Below are positions 44,117-53,420 of a stretch of DNA of 64,000 nucleotides, one piece after another. The stretch lies in the NCBI RefSeq assembly GCF_053078305.1, contig NZ_CP166879.1; one strand, given 5' to 3'. Below the pieces are notes generated by a model that saw only the letters and a list, made by a program, of their open reading frames with translations, did not search any database and was not told the DNA's origin. The first letter of the stretch is position 1, and each line of letters opens with the position of its first letter. Position numbers and translations under genes: made by a program.

Positions 44117-44486
44117 TCACCAGATTGAATACTTGACTTAATATTATCACTTGATCAAACAATCATAATGAATTTCATCTTTATTGTCTTTTTAAAAGTG
44201 ATAGCTAAGCTCGTTTTATTCATTAAACCAGATGATGCAATACTTTGGATCAAATAAATATTCCCACTAAGATGAATGTTCATTTTGCTTTCATAAGCCA
44301 TACGCTTGCCCTGCTGCAAGGACTAATCGAAAGTGGAACATTATTTCACGCAGTCATTTACATACGATGGCAAACCGTTTTTATTTGATTGCATCTCCCT
44401 AATCAAATACATATTTATTTCTCTACTACTAACTAGTTCAGCCAGTTATCACATCACATTTGAGCATTATAATTCCCCAAAAACAT

Positions 44487-44900
44487 TCATCTATTAATGG
44501 CGAATGAAATAGATAATGAATTAAAATAATCATCTAGTAAAAATTGTTTGATACCGGGATCATAAGCCCGCATAACAGAGTGTTTTGTTTCCAATAATGG
44601 GATAATAGTATTCACTCGAGGAACTACAGCACCTAAAAATATAATATCATTATTTTTTTGGACTAATAAAACAGGAAGAGTATCAAGATCTACCTCTGAA
44701 ACCATATCAGAATGCCGTTCAATATCCATCCAGATAAAGAAATCGTTTGGATATTTTTCCGATAATGCAATTAATGGATTTTTCCAGTCATTACAATTAT
44801 TGCACCAATCCGCACACAAACAAACAACTAGTTTATTATCATTATTAGCGGAAATAAACTCCCCAATCTGCTGGATATTATCCTCAGGGTAATATATCAT
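44487..44900 (-). CDS. Thioredoxin-like protein with C-x2-C-x-C motif
   Basis: 137 aa; CADWCNNCNDWK motif. Confidence 0.45.
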   Translation of the reverse strand: MIYYPEDNIQQIGEFISANNDNKLVVCLCADWCNNCNDWKNPLIALSEKYPNDFFIWMDIERHSDMVSEVDLDTLPVLLVQKNNDIIFLGAVVPRVNTIIPLLETKHSVMRAYDPGIKQFLLDDYFNSLSISFAINR

Positions 44901-44911
44901 TTCTTTTCCTT

Positions 44912-46147
44912 TTAATAATTAAGCAAATTATCCTTTGGTGAGGTATTCTTGTCCAAATGGAAAAGATGCCATGAAGCAATCCAGCGAACGAGTTGGCTTC
45001 CGTCAGAAAAATTAGTATTACACCAAGATGCAGTCACTGATTTCCCCAGGAACAGTCTTTCCTCATTACGATACTGTTGACACATCGATGTAACTTTATG
45101 AATATCAGGCATTCCTATGCCGGTTCCAAACACATTTAACCGAGAGGTAATCTCAGGCAACTTTTCATCCTTTGCCGGTAATAAATATTCCTTATCATCT
45201 ATATCAATGCCAGTTATCAGACTTACAGCAACAAACGCAATACGAGAAAGCTCTTCTTTTTCCATTAATGAAAGTAATAGAGGTAGAGTTTTTGTATTTG
45301 CATAATGGGCATAAAAAATGATTTGTAAATACTCAGGTAAACCAGAAATAAATGCAAAAGGGTAAGTCAGTTCAGAACAACATTGCCCAAGAAGTCGAAC
45401 TAACATCTCAGTTTGCTGGTTTTTCCTGATACCTTCAATGCCTCTAAGAGGCGGCAGGGTTAAATAATCATCAATCAACAGACATAATGGATTAATCATC
45501 ATTGACTTATCTGATGAAAGCCAACATGCAGCACTAACTGCTGAAAATCTGACTGATAATTCATTGCTACCAAAATATACCGTTAACGCAGGAAGATAGC
45601 TCTGTAATCCAAGTTTGCGAATATAATCCAGCACAGCTACCTTTTCTTGTATATTTCCGTTATCTAGTTTTTTTATCAAAAAATCTTCTGATAAGTGTAA
45701 TTTGCTCTGAGAACAAATATTTAATGCTATCTGAACCTCGGAAGGTATAGAGGAAAGTAAGAATTCATTAACAGTACCATAAACATGTTCTTTAGCTGAA
45801 TGTGATAACGCAGAGACATACCCATTCAACGTTGTATCTGCATATTTAGATACATACGACCAGGTTGCTTTCATCCAGGCAGGATTCTGACACTGATTCG
45901 CCAGAAAACCGCAAACAAACGCTTCTCCCTGAGAGTGCCAGCGTCTCAGTGCCGCATAGCTCTCCTCCCATCCATCATCACCAGCAACATGTAATCCCTC
46001 CAGATTAGCATCAATATATTGATTAAATTGCCTGAGATCGGCGCTTTTAACTAATGGCGAAAATCTGCTTTCTTCTTTCTGAAGCCAGTAAAATGCCGCA
46101 TTCGCGGCATGCTGACGAATAATCGGTTGTATTACCTGATGATTCAT
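44912..46147 (-). CDS. Hypothetical protein (about 411 aa from an internal start; track ORF extends to 46246)
   Basis: Long ORF downstream of the GHH effector; start at MNHQVIQP would abut the upstream stop. Confidence 0.4.
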   Translation of the reverse strand: MNHQVIQPIIRQHAANAAFYWLQKEESRFSPLVKSADLRQFNQYIDANLEGLHVAGDDGWEESYAALRRWHSQGEAFVCGFLANQCQNPAWMKATWSYVSKYADTTLNGYVSALSHSAKEHVYGTVNEFLLSSIPSEVQIALNICSQSKLHLSEDFLIKKLDNGNIQEKVAVLDYIRKLGLQSYLPALTVYFGSNELSVRFSAVSAACWLSSDKSMMINPLCLLIDDYLTLPPLRGIEGIRKNQQTEMLVRLLGQCCSELTYPFAFISGLPEYLQIIFYAHYANTKTLPLLLSLMEKEELSRIAFVAVSLITGIDIDDKEYLLPAKDEKLPEITSRLNVFGTGIGMPDIHKVTSMCQQYRNEERLFLGKSVTASWCNTNFSDGSQLVRWIASWHLFHLDKNTSPKDNLLNY

Positions 46148-46148
46148 A

Positions 46149-47177
46149 CTAGTCTTCTGCCTCATCATCAGTCTCATCATCTGACTGCCATTCAACAGAA
46201 TTAATGAGTAAATGCCATTCCTGTCCGTCGTGCCATGCTGCACCATACATTCCGGCCATTAGCATCACACCATCACCCACTGATAAATGCCCTACCGCTA
46301 CAGCTATTTCAGAAGGAAGATCCACAGGAATTAATGTATCACCATCCAGACACCATAGACCGTAATCAGATGTACACCACACTTTTCCGGCATGCCAGAC
46401 TATATCTTCGAAGGGAAGACTATAACCACCCGCAGAGACTTTTTCCCATTTATTCCCACGGCCTTTAAATAATATACCAGATTGACCACCAATGTAGACA
46501 TAACCATCCCCTGCACAACACACTGTTTCTAGATAGATGTTTGAGGGAAAATTAATTTGCTCCCATTCTGCTCCAGAAAAATGCCAGACATTTCCCTTAC
46601 CGCCGACTACATACAAATCATCATAGGAAAAACCATCTATATCTCTTAGTTTAAATTCATCGCCAAATCTACCTTTTTCTTTTGAGTAATCAAAAACCGG
46701 GAGATTCAAACAGAGTGACTGCCAGTCATTAACTCCGTCTCTGTATCCCACAGAGTTATTGTACCCAACAATATACAGTCTTCCTGAAATATTTTTAATT
46801 TTCGTTATTATATTTCTTAGAGGACCGTCAATTCCGAAAGGAATTTTTTTCTCTCTGCTATCATATTTACAACTACGGGAATAAACATATCCCTCATCAT
46901 CAACACAAACAACTTCGTCATAGCTATTATATGATGCACTACCTATATATAACTGCCCCATGTTTTTAAGTGGCTGAAGTGATATACAATCGTCTGGGCT
47001 ACCATCTAAATAGATCCCGACTTCACCTTTAGTTACTGTATTTTCATCAATAACACTTGCTTTTCGACTCTCTTTAATATTACGAACAGAAAAATGGAAA
47101 AAATCCTTATTTCTTACAGTACAATCCTTAATATACCATTTTTTAAAAATTGCAATGTTCTTATCAGTAATTTTCAT
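46149..47177 (-). CDS. Candidate immunity protein with repeated G/W-rich beta-propeller-like units
   Basis: Directly downstream of the GHH-nuclease effector; repeated ...G.....W... units; start taken at MKITDKNIAIFKKW. Confidence 0.4.
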   Translation of the reverse strand: MKITDKNIAIFKKWYIKDCTVRNKDFFHFSVRNIKESRKASVIDENTVTKGEVGIYLDGSPDDCISLQPLKNMGQLYIGSASYNSYDEVVCVDDEGYVYSRSCKYDSREKKIPFGIDGPLRNIITKIKNISGRLYIVGYNNSVGYRDGVNDWQSLCLNLPVFDYSKEKGRFGDEFKLRDIDGFSYDDLYVVGGKGNVWHFSGAEWEQINFPSNIYLETVCCAGDGYVYIGGQSGILFKGRGNKWEKVSAGGYSLPFEDIVWHAGKVWCTSDYGLWCLDGDTLIPVDLPSEIAVAVGHLSVGDGVMLMAGMYGAAWHDGQEWHLLINSVEWQSDDETDDEAED

Positions 47178-47184
47178 ATAAATA

Positions 47185-48828
47185 TTACCTCTTATTACCT
47201 GTAGGTGTTTCAGTATTCTGAGAATCAACTTCATCTTCAGTAAATGCTTTTCCAGCTACCGCTGGCATATCATCATCGCAATTCTTATAATAATTATCCA
47301 GTTGTTTTCTAAGGCAGGCTCTGCTGCATCTTGATTCCGGGAATGTTCGTTCAAATCCATCCAGGGCAATTTCTTTGGCATCTTCGTAATCAATTTTATC
47401 TTTATCGCTGAACCAGCCACTTTTCTTATAAGCTTTGATATCTTTGATCATCTCATCATGCATTTTGCCATGCGTTCCGTTTCCATTATTTGTGCCCTCT
47501 ACACAAACTGTCGGTGCCCCGCCTTTCGAATAACCACTGCAATGTCCTTTAGCCATTTCATCAGGAATAAGATGGTGGCCTGTCTGTCCGGGACAGCACC
47601 CTTTTCCAGTTTCGATACTCTTTTTGGCTCCGGTCTTATTATAATCAACGAGAAGGCATCGTCTTGCACGCGTACAGGGATTTATTCTCGCCAGCGCCCC
47701 CATTCCTGTTGCCATCATTTGAGATGGCGTCATATTTTTTAGCGTATTTTCCAGTTCAGCTTTGGCCTGTTTGACTAAAGATAAAATATCTTTTATCTCA
47801 TCTAATTTTTTATACGCTTCAATACCTAACTTGGCTGTATCATAAGCTGTACCAATTGCATCACAGACGTTCCATATTGTTGCAATTGTCTCGGTTACAA
47901 CTGCTCCAACGCCAGCAGCCGTAGCACCTATCGTACCCACGGCCCACCTTCCAGCCGCGTGTGCTGCTAGTTTTTCTGCTTTATGCAGAGCAGCAGTTTG
48001 TGCTTTATCAATAATTTCTTGTTTTAGTTGCTCAAGCATTGGCTCTATTAGTGAAGCCACTTTTTTATTAAAATCCTCCGTCAGTTCTTTCAATAATTTG
48101 TTATACTCCTCCAGGCCAAAACGTGGCTTAATCCACAAACCAGTACAATGAGAAAAAATCCATTCATTCTCCGGAGTTTTTAGTTTAGCGTATGTATTTC
48201 TGACTTTATCATCCAGCGTTTCCAGTTTCCCACCAATTTCTTTACCCATTAATTTCATGAAGTTTTTATTTTTTACATGATTCCTTCTGTTTTCCTCTTT
48301 CTTTTTTTCATCTTCATCATCATTTTTGTTATCTTCATCCGGTTTACATGCCTTCCTTATCCGATCTTCTTCCTTTTTACACTGTACAGGCATATCAAGA
48401 GTATCCTTATATGTGCCTGTAATAGTATTTCCTGGCTCCGAACCATGATTGTGCGTCATTAAATCTTCATGGCGTGCCACACACTTCCCTTCGAATTTTA
48501 CATTTGGCGACCATGATTTAAAGTAGGCTTTTCCTTTAATGACGCCGGTAATTACACCTTTGGGTTGGGATTGTGTAGCGGGTTCATCTCCGGTACTGGT
48601 TGAAAAAAAGGAAATATCTTCTTTAGCCACCATCGAATTGCATATGAATACGGTTATGGTTCCGTCCTTCATCGTTGAGGCATATGCAGTATTTGGATAA
48701 GGTACCACTATCGGGCCAGCCGGAGGAGAAGGCGGTGTCCAGCACGGATCGGGAAACACCGCTTTTGACACGCCGTCCGATGCCTTGGAGCTTGCCTCCC
48801 GGCTATTGATATAAACTTGAGTTTCCAT
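47185..48828 (-). CDS. T6SS effector: N-terminal DUF4150 (PAAR-like) domain, C-terminal HNH/EndoVII-fold GHH nuclease toxin domain
   Basis: 547 aa; N-terminal ...DPCWTPPSPPAGPIVVPYPNTAYAS...; Lys/Glu/Asp-rich linker; C-terminal CCPGQTGHHLIPDE. Confidence 0.7.
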   Translation of the reverse strand: METQVYINSREASSKASDGVSKAVFPDPCWTPPSPPAGPIVVPYPNTAYASTMKDGTITVFICNSMVAKEDISFFSTSTGDEPATQSQPKGVITGVIKGKAYFKSWSPNVKFEGKCVARHEDLMTHNHGSEPGNTITGTYKDTLDMPVQCKKEEDRIRKACKPDEDNKNDDEDEKKKEENRRNHVKNKNFMKLMGKEIGGKLETLDDKVRNTYAKLKTPENEWIFSHCTGLWIKPRFGLEEYNKLLKELTEDFNKKVASLIEPMLEQLKQEIIDKAQTAALHKAEKLAAHAAGRWAVGTIGATAAGVGAVVTETIATIWNVCDAIGTAYDTAKLGIEAYKKLDEIKDILSLVKQAKAELENTLKNMTPSQMMATGMGALARINPCTRARRCLLVDYNKTGAKKSIETGKGCCPGQTGHHLIPDEMAKGHCSGYSKGGAPTVCVEGTNNGNGTHGKMHDEMIKDIKAYKKSGWFSDKDKIDYEDAKEIALDGFERTFPESRCSRACLRKQLDNYYKNCDDDMPAVAGKAFTEDEVDSQNTETPTGNKR

Positions 48829-48995
48829 ATTAGATATTCATCTTTCTTATCGTAATTTCCCGTGGATACGGCAATCAGTATATTTATGAATTATTTATTA
48901 CCGGCATAGTTATAAATAAAATACTTAAATCAATACACAACACAAAACAACAAACCAATCTTTATGTACTTTCTTAATGAAGAAAGAAATGACTA

Positions 48996-49445
48996 TCACC
49001 TTTCTATTATGGGGAAGGTTAATCCCTTTGAAAATTTATTTCCAACATCAGACTCTTTGGTATAAATATTAGTAATCACACTTAATTTTGCACTAATTTT
49101 TATTTTTTCATTGTCTTTTCTAAAACTTTCAATCTCACTGCTTAATATAACCCAATCAAACATAACACTTTCCCCTGAATGTATTACAGTTAAGTGAGAC
49201 AATAATTCCTTGCTTGTAAGATTCGGACGGAGGTAAAATCCGTCACTCCCATTAAAATTCATTAATTTTATTGCTGGACCTGTTTTTCTTAAATACTCAA
49301 AGGGGACATAAATATCACGGCCACTATCATTCCGAAAATTAATATCAATCAACAAGTTATTTTTTTTAGTATACAAGCATTCAGAAGTTTTCGAGTTATC
49401 ACACTCAACCCAAATGGCAAAATCGTTTACACTAAGATCACTCAT
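48996..49445 (-). CDS. Candidate immunity protein for the upstream metallopeptidase effector
   Basis: 149 aa ORF immediately downstream of the effector. Confidence 0.4.
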   Translation of the reverse strand: MSDLSVNDFAIWVECDNSKTSECLYTKKNNLLIDINFRNDSGRDIYVPFEYLRKTGPAIKLMNFNGSDGFYLRPNLTSKELLSHLTVIHSGESVMFDWVILSSEIESFRKDNEKIKISAKLSVITNIYTKESDVGNKFSKGLTFPIIER

Positions 49446-49505
49446 TGTATTCCCCTAATTTCCATTCGATTTCGTATTATTAGTACAACAAATCACTCGT
49501 CGTAA

Positions 49506-50699
49506 CTACAGCATAACTTCACATTTCGTTGTTATATTGCGTTTAGAATTTTTCATTATATCATTAGCTTCTATAGCAATAGGCCAGCAATGTCTTTCCA
49601 GAACAATCGTGTTGTCCACTGCCGACATTATTGTTGATGAAGGGTCATTAGTAATTCCACCATCATATGGGACATTTATCTTATTATCCATTGTTCCATC
49701 TGGTTTATAGTATGCAACTGTTTCTCCACCTGCTGGATCATAAGCATATTCATCAGGTAAACCAAAGCAATGCCCGAACTCATGGGCATATATCCAATCA
49801 CGAGTTGAACCAGATACATTCATCTCGAATCCAGTAACACCTTCTCTTGGAAATTTTTTGTGAATATTCATTAAATAATGTTCGTTTGATTTTACCCATA
49901 AAATCTTAAATCGAACAGGTAGCTCAATATCTCCACAAATAGCATCTTTTAGTTTCAATTTGAATTTATTATTCCAGTATTTACTTACCCCTTTGAGCAT
50001 TTTCGCTTTTGCATTTTTTATGTTTTTTTTACTCACACCTGCACCACCCACAGTTTTAAATCTTACCGTCACTATAACTTTTCTATCTTTTATTATATTA
50101 ATATTTAATTTAAATCTTCTTTCAATGAGATAATTATGAGAAAGCCCATTAGAATCAAAGGCATCCGCATAACGCTTTGTAATGTTAACACTAACTTCTT
50201 TTTCGTAATTATCTTGCCAGCATAGCATTTTCAAGACGTTATCCCATATTCTATTCCCAACAGATATAGGCTCTGATAAATAATAGAATAAATCTGTATT
50301 TCCTGGCTGAGAACCGTGGTTGTGTGACATTAAATCTTCATGACGTGCAACGCATTTCCCTTCAAACTTTACATTTGGCGACCATGTCCTGAAGTAAGCT
50401 TTTCCTTTAATTACCCCGGTTATTACGCCTTTTGGCTGTGACTGCGTGGCTGGCTCATCTCCTGTACTGGTTGAAAAACAGGAAACATCTTCCTTTGCCA
50501 CCATCGAGTTACAAACAAATACGGTCGTTGTACCGTCTTTCAACGTTGAGGCATAGGCTGTGTTAGGATAAGGAACCACGATGGGACCCGCAGGAGGAGA
50601 TGGTGGCGTCCAGCAAGGATCAGGAAATGCAGCTTTAGATACACCATCAGATGCCTTTGAACAAGCCTCCCGGTTGTTGATATAAACACGCGTATCCAT
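49506..50699 (-). CDS. T6SS effector: N-terminal DUF4150 (PAAR-like) domain, C-terminal HExxH zinc-metallopeptidase-like toxin domain
   Basis: Start taken at MDTRVYINNRE; first about 130 aa nearly identical to the 47185..48828 effector; C-terminal YAHEFGHCFGLPDEY. Confidence 0.7.
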   Translation of the reverse strand: MDTRVYINNREACSKASDGVSKAAFPDPCWTPPSPPAGPIVVPYPNTAYASTLKDGTTTVFVCNSMVAKEDVSCFSTSTGDEPATQSQPKGVITGVIKGKAYFRTWSPNVKFEGKCVARHEDLMSHNHGSQPGNTDLFYYLSEPISVGNRIWDNVLKMLCWQDNYEKEVSVNITKRYADAFDSNGLSHNYLIERRFKLNINIIKDRKVIVTVRFKTVGGAGVSKKNIKNAKAKMLKGVSKYWNNKFKLKLKDAICGDIELPVRFKILWVKSNEHYLMNIHKKFPREGVTGFEMNVSGSTRDWIYAHEFGHCFGLPDEYAYDPAGGETVAYYKPDGTMDNKINVPYDGGITNDPSSTIMSAVDNTIVLERHCWPIAIEANDIMKNSKRNITTKCEVML

Positions 50700-50703
50700 A
50701 TTT

Positions 50704-51717
50704 TTATCCTCTGTAATACTCTGCAACCAGCGCAACCCGAAGTCCACTGTCACCACTGAAATGAACCAGTGCTCTTTCTCCCGTATCAGGGAATCGACAC
50801 ATCATTTCATTCAGATAGGCCAGTGTCAGTGGCCCGGATGCCGCCCCGGTTTCTCCCAGATTGCTGGCAAGCTGGTAATGAGGGTATTGTTTTTTTTTCT
50901 TTTCCAGACACCGGGTGATTGCCAGAGCAGTTTCACGGAAATACCATGACTCACCAGTGACACCACTAATATGAAAGTCTGTTTCTGCTAATAAAACCCC
51001 TGCATCCTGAATTGCTTTCCGGATTGCAACAGATAATCCTTTAGCCATATTAGCTTTATCATTTTGTAGGATATGAGCATCTTCGTTGCTGACACCGACA
51101 CCGGTAATACAAATGCCCTGAATACAACTATCTGGTTTACAAAACACAATAGCCCCGGCACCTTCCCCCGGAATAAAACCATCCCTGTTGCTGGTGCATA
51201 ATACGCGTTCATGAGTAAGAAGATAATTTATTCTTGCTGGTGAAAAATAACTATCCACACCGACCACAAGAGCATATGAAGCAAGTCCGGAGTATAGAAT
51301 ACGCTGAGCTTCTGTAATCGCAGAACCAATCCCTGTCTTCCCTCCCTGTATACATATAGAAGATTCATGCCAGGTTGTTTTTACTCTACTAAAAAGAAAC
51401 TCATTTCCTGATGAGCCATAACATTGCTCTGCACATTCTGATAAAAGAAAAATCAGACATGTATTTTCTTTTGTCATTCCAGGTGTTTTTAAAATACACT
51501 CAGCCACTACATTTTCAAACATCCAGAGTAGCCGCTCATCACCCCAGGTATCATTCTTATATAATTGAGCACCAATAAGTGGTTTTCCATTTAAGTCATA
51601 AAAAGTTGTTTCAGCAAAATGATCCAGACCCGAGCGAATGGCCGCTGATGCAGAAGGAACTGAATATCCTATACTGCAACACATTCCGGCTGCCGCAATA
51701 AATAATGGTGATGCCAT
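50704..51717 (-). CDS. Beta-ketoacyl synthase-like (thiolase-fold) protein with degenerate active site
   Basis: 337 aa; N-terminal PLFIAAAGMCCSIGYS and RDGFIPGEGAGAIVF resemble KAS I/II blocks; positions aligned by eye to the catalytic Cys and His are Gly/Lys and Glu. Confidence 0.5.
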   Translation of the reverse strand: MASPLFIAAAGMCCSIGYSVPSASAAIRSGLDHFAETTFYDLNGKPLIGAQLYKNDTWGDERLLWMFENVVAECILKTPGMTKENTCLIFLLSECAEQCYGSSGNEFLFSRVKTTWHESSICIQGGKTGIGSAITEAQRILYSGLASYALVVGVDSYFSPARINYLLTHERVLCTSNRDGFIPGEGAGAIVFCKPDSCIQGICITGVGVSNEDAHILQNDKANMAKGLSVAIRKAIQDAGVLLAETDFHISGVTGESWYFRETALAITRCLEKKKKQYPHYQLASNLGETGAASGPLTLAYLNEMMCRFPDTGERALVHFSGDSGLRVALVAEYYRG

Positions 51718-51722
51718 AATAA

Positions 51723-52865
51723 CTATGCTCCTGTTTCTGTTACAGGTTTATTCGTTAATTCTGGATTATTGTTTTTTTCTCCGCATCCACCGCAGGTTTC
51801 CCCTCCCCCCGCAGCTCGTTGCTGCCACCAGGTTTTACCCACAGGCCCTATAGCAACAGTGTGAATTTCCTGAATCCGTCGCTTAAGAGGTATACTTGTA
51901 CGCCAGACTACACTAAAACGCTCCTCATTGGGTTCAAAATAAAGCGTATCAACAACCGGCATTAATTCATGAGCTTCATAATCCATCGTTAAAATTCTAA
52001 CGGGCATTTGGTTTATATGAGGTAGCTGAAATTCAATGACTGAGCGTTCTTTATGCATATTTATCAACATAACTTTTTCACCACCCTGCGGATATGCGGT
52101 CTGTTGATCAGGTGGTGCGCTCTGAAAATAACGCTCATCAAAATCCTCCGGAAGAAAGGGGGAGACTTCTGCACGCCATCGTTCGTCATATGTTCCGGCA
52201 TACTGTAAACGTAACGGATGGTTTCTTGGCCGGGCGGAAAATGCTCCCGGCTCCGGATGTGATTCTGGACGTGTCACGCTATCTTGTGGTAGTTCAACCA
52301 ATGGCAGACGTGAGTTAATGAATACGGTTTCATCCCGATGATTGCCATAACCGATTCCAACAATATTGCTGGAAAATATTTCCCGATTCTCATTTCCCTG
52401 TACATCTTTCCAGACATACTCTCCACCAAAGGCATTACCATAATGTAATGAGACTGACTGTATGAACTCTGTATCAGATATAATCCAGTCTGACGTCTTT
52501 TTCTGCCAGTAGCGCGGACCAAATACCTTTAGACTCTTATCGACTTGACCTACAATTGCTCTTGATTCTGTCTGATAATTATTCCCCTCGCTTACAAAAT
52601 AAGTTGTTGCGTTAAATAAAACATCACATTTCTCTTTATACCTGACATAATCGGCCTCATATAATACAGCAGAGAATCCAGGTTCACCCACATATATGTC
52701 ACTTTCTACCAATGGCTGAGGTGGTAATAGTGGGCGAGGGCGTCGATTGTTTACGGGGATCTGATAAGTTGCTTTAATTACAACTACAAGATAATCTTTC
52801 CCATTTTTATCTGTTGCAGTGAAAACATCAGCTATCGTGTGTTTTGCAGCATTAAAAATTTCCAT
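51723..52865 (-). CDS. Putative DUF2169-family T6SS adaptor
   Basis: 380 aa ORF between vgrG and the DUF4150 effectors, the canonical position of DUF2169 adaptors; assignment is positional. Confidence 0.45.
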   Translation of the reverse strand: MEIFNAAKHTIADVFTATDKNGKDYLVVVIKATYQIPVNNRRPRPLLPPQPLVESDIYVGEPGFSAVLYEADYVRYKEKCDVLFNATTYFVSEGNNYQTESRAIVGQVDKSLKVFGPRYWQKKTSDWIISDTEFIQSVSLHYGNAFGGEYVWKDVQGNENREIFSSNIVGIGYGNHRDETVFINSRLPLVELPQDSVTRPESHPEPGAFSARPRNHPLRLQYAGTYDERWRAEVSPFLPEDFDERYFQSAPPDQQTAYPQGGEKVMLINMHKERSVIEFQLPHINQMPVRILTMDYEAHELMPVVDTLYFEPNEERFSVVWRTSIPLKRRIQEIHTVAIGPVGKTWWQQRAAGGGETCGGCGEKNNNPELTNKPVTETGA

Positions 52866-52877
52866 TTTAATATAACC

Positions 52878-53420
52878 TCAGTTTACCTGCACAGACCCAC
52901 CTTTTAACCTGTGTGTTGCCTGCGCCTGACTGTCAATATAAAGCGCGCGTATCTGAAGCAGTCCATCCGCCGATAAAACAATTTTTGACTCGCCGCACTG
53001 GAGCACTAATTCTTGTTTCGCTGTCAAAACAACTCGCTCTGTATTTAGTTCGTCTTCAGTACATTTTTTCGTCTCTGAATGATATCTTTCTGTTAAATTC
53101 TCCGGAAGTATTCCGGTCACTACCGGATGAGAATAATTGCCAGAGAGAAACTGCACAGTGCATAATCGTCCGTTATACTCCGTAGTTACAGTTCCCAGAC
53201 CCAAAGCTGCAACAGGTTTATCTTCATGAGGACACTGAATCAATATTTCTCCAGAGTCTTTGACACTGACAATTCTGCCGACAACCAACACAGGGATATC
53301 ACTGACATGCGCCTGGGATTTACTAGCCTGATGAGATAAAATATTTTCCAGCAAATGTGTTGTACTGGTCAGTTCCTCTTCTGGCTGTGGGACGTATATA
53401 TCATGCAGTTCCTTTATCAT
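52878..53420 (-). CDS. Hypothetical protein (180 aa) translationally coupled to vgrG
   Basis: Start overlaps the vgrG stop at 53420. Confidence 0.4.
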   Translation of the reverse strand: MIKELHDIYVPQPEEELTSTTHLLENILSHQASKSQAHVSDIPVLVVGRIVSVKDSGEILIQCPHEDKPVAALGLGTVTTEYNGRLCTVQFLSGNYSHPVVTGILPENLTERYHSETKKCTEDELNTERVVLTAKQELVLQCGESKIVLSADGLLQIRALYIDSQAQATHRLKGGSVQVN

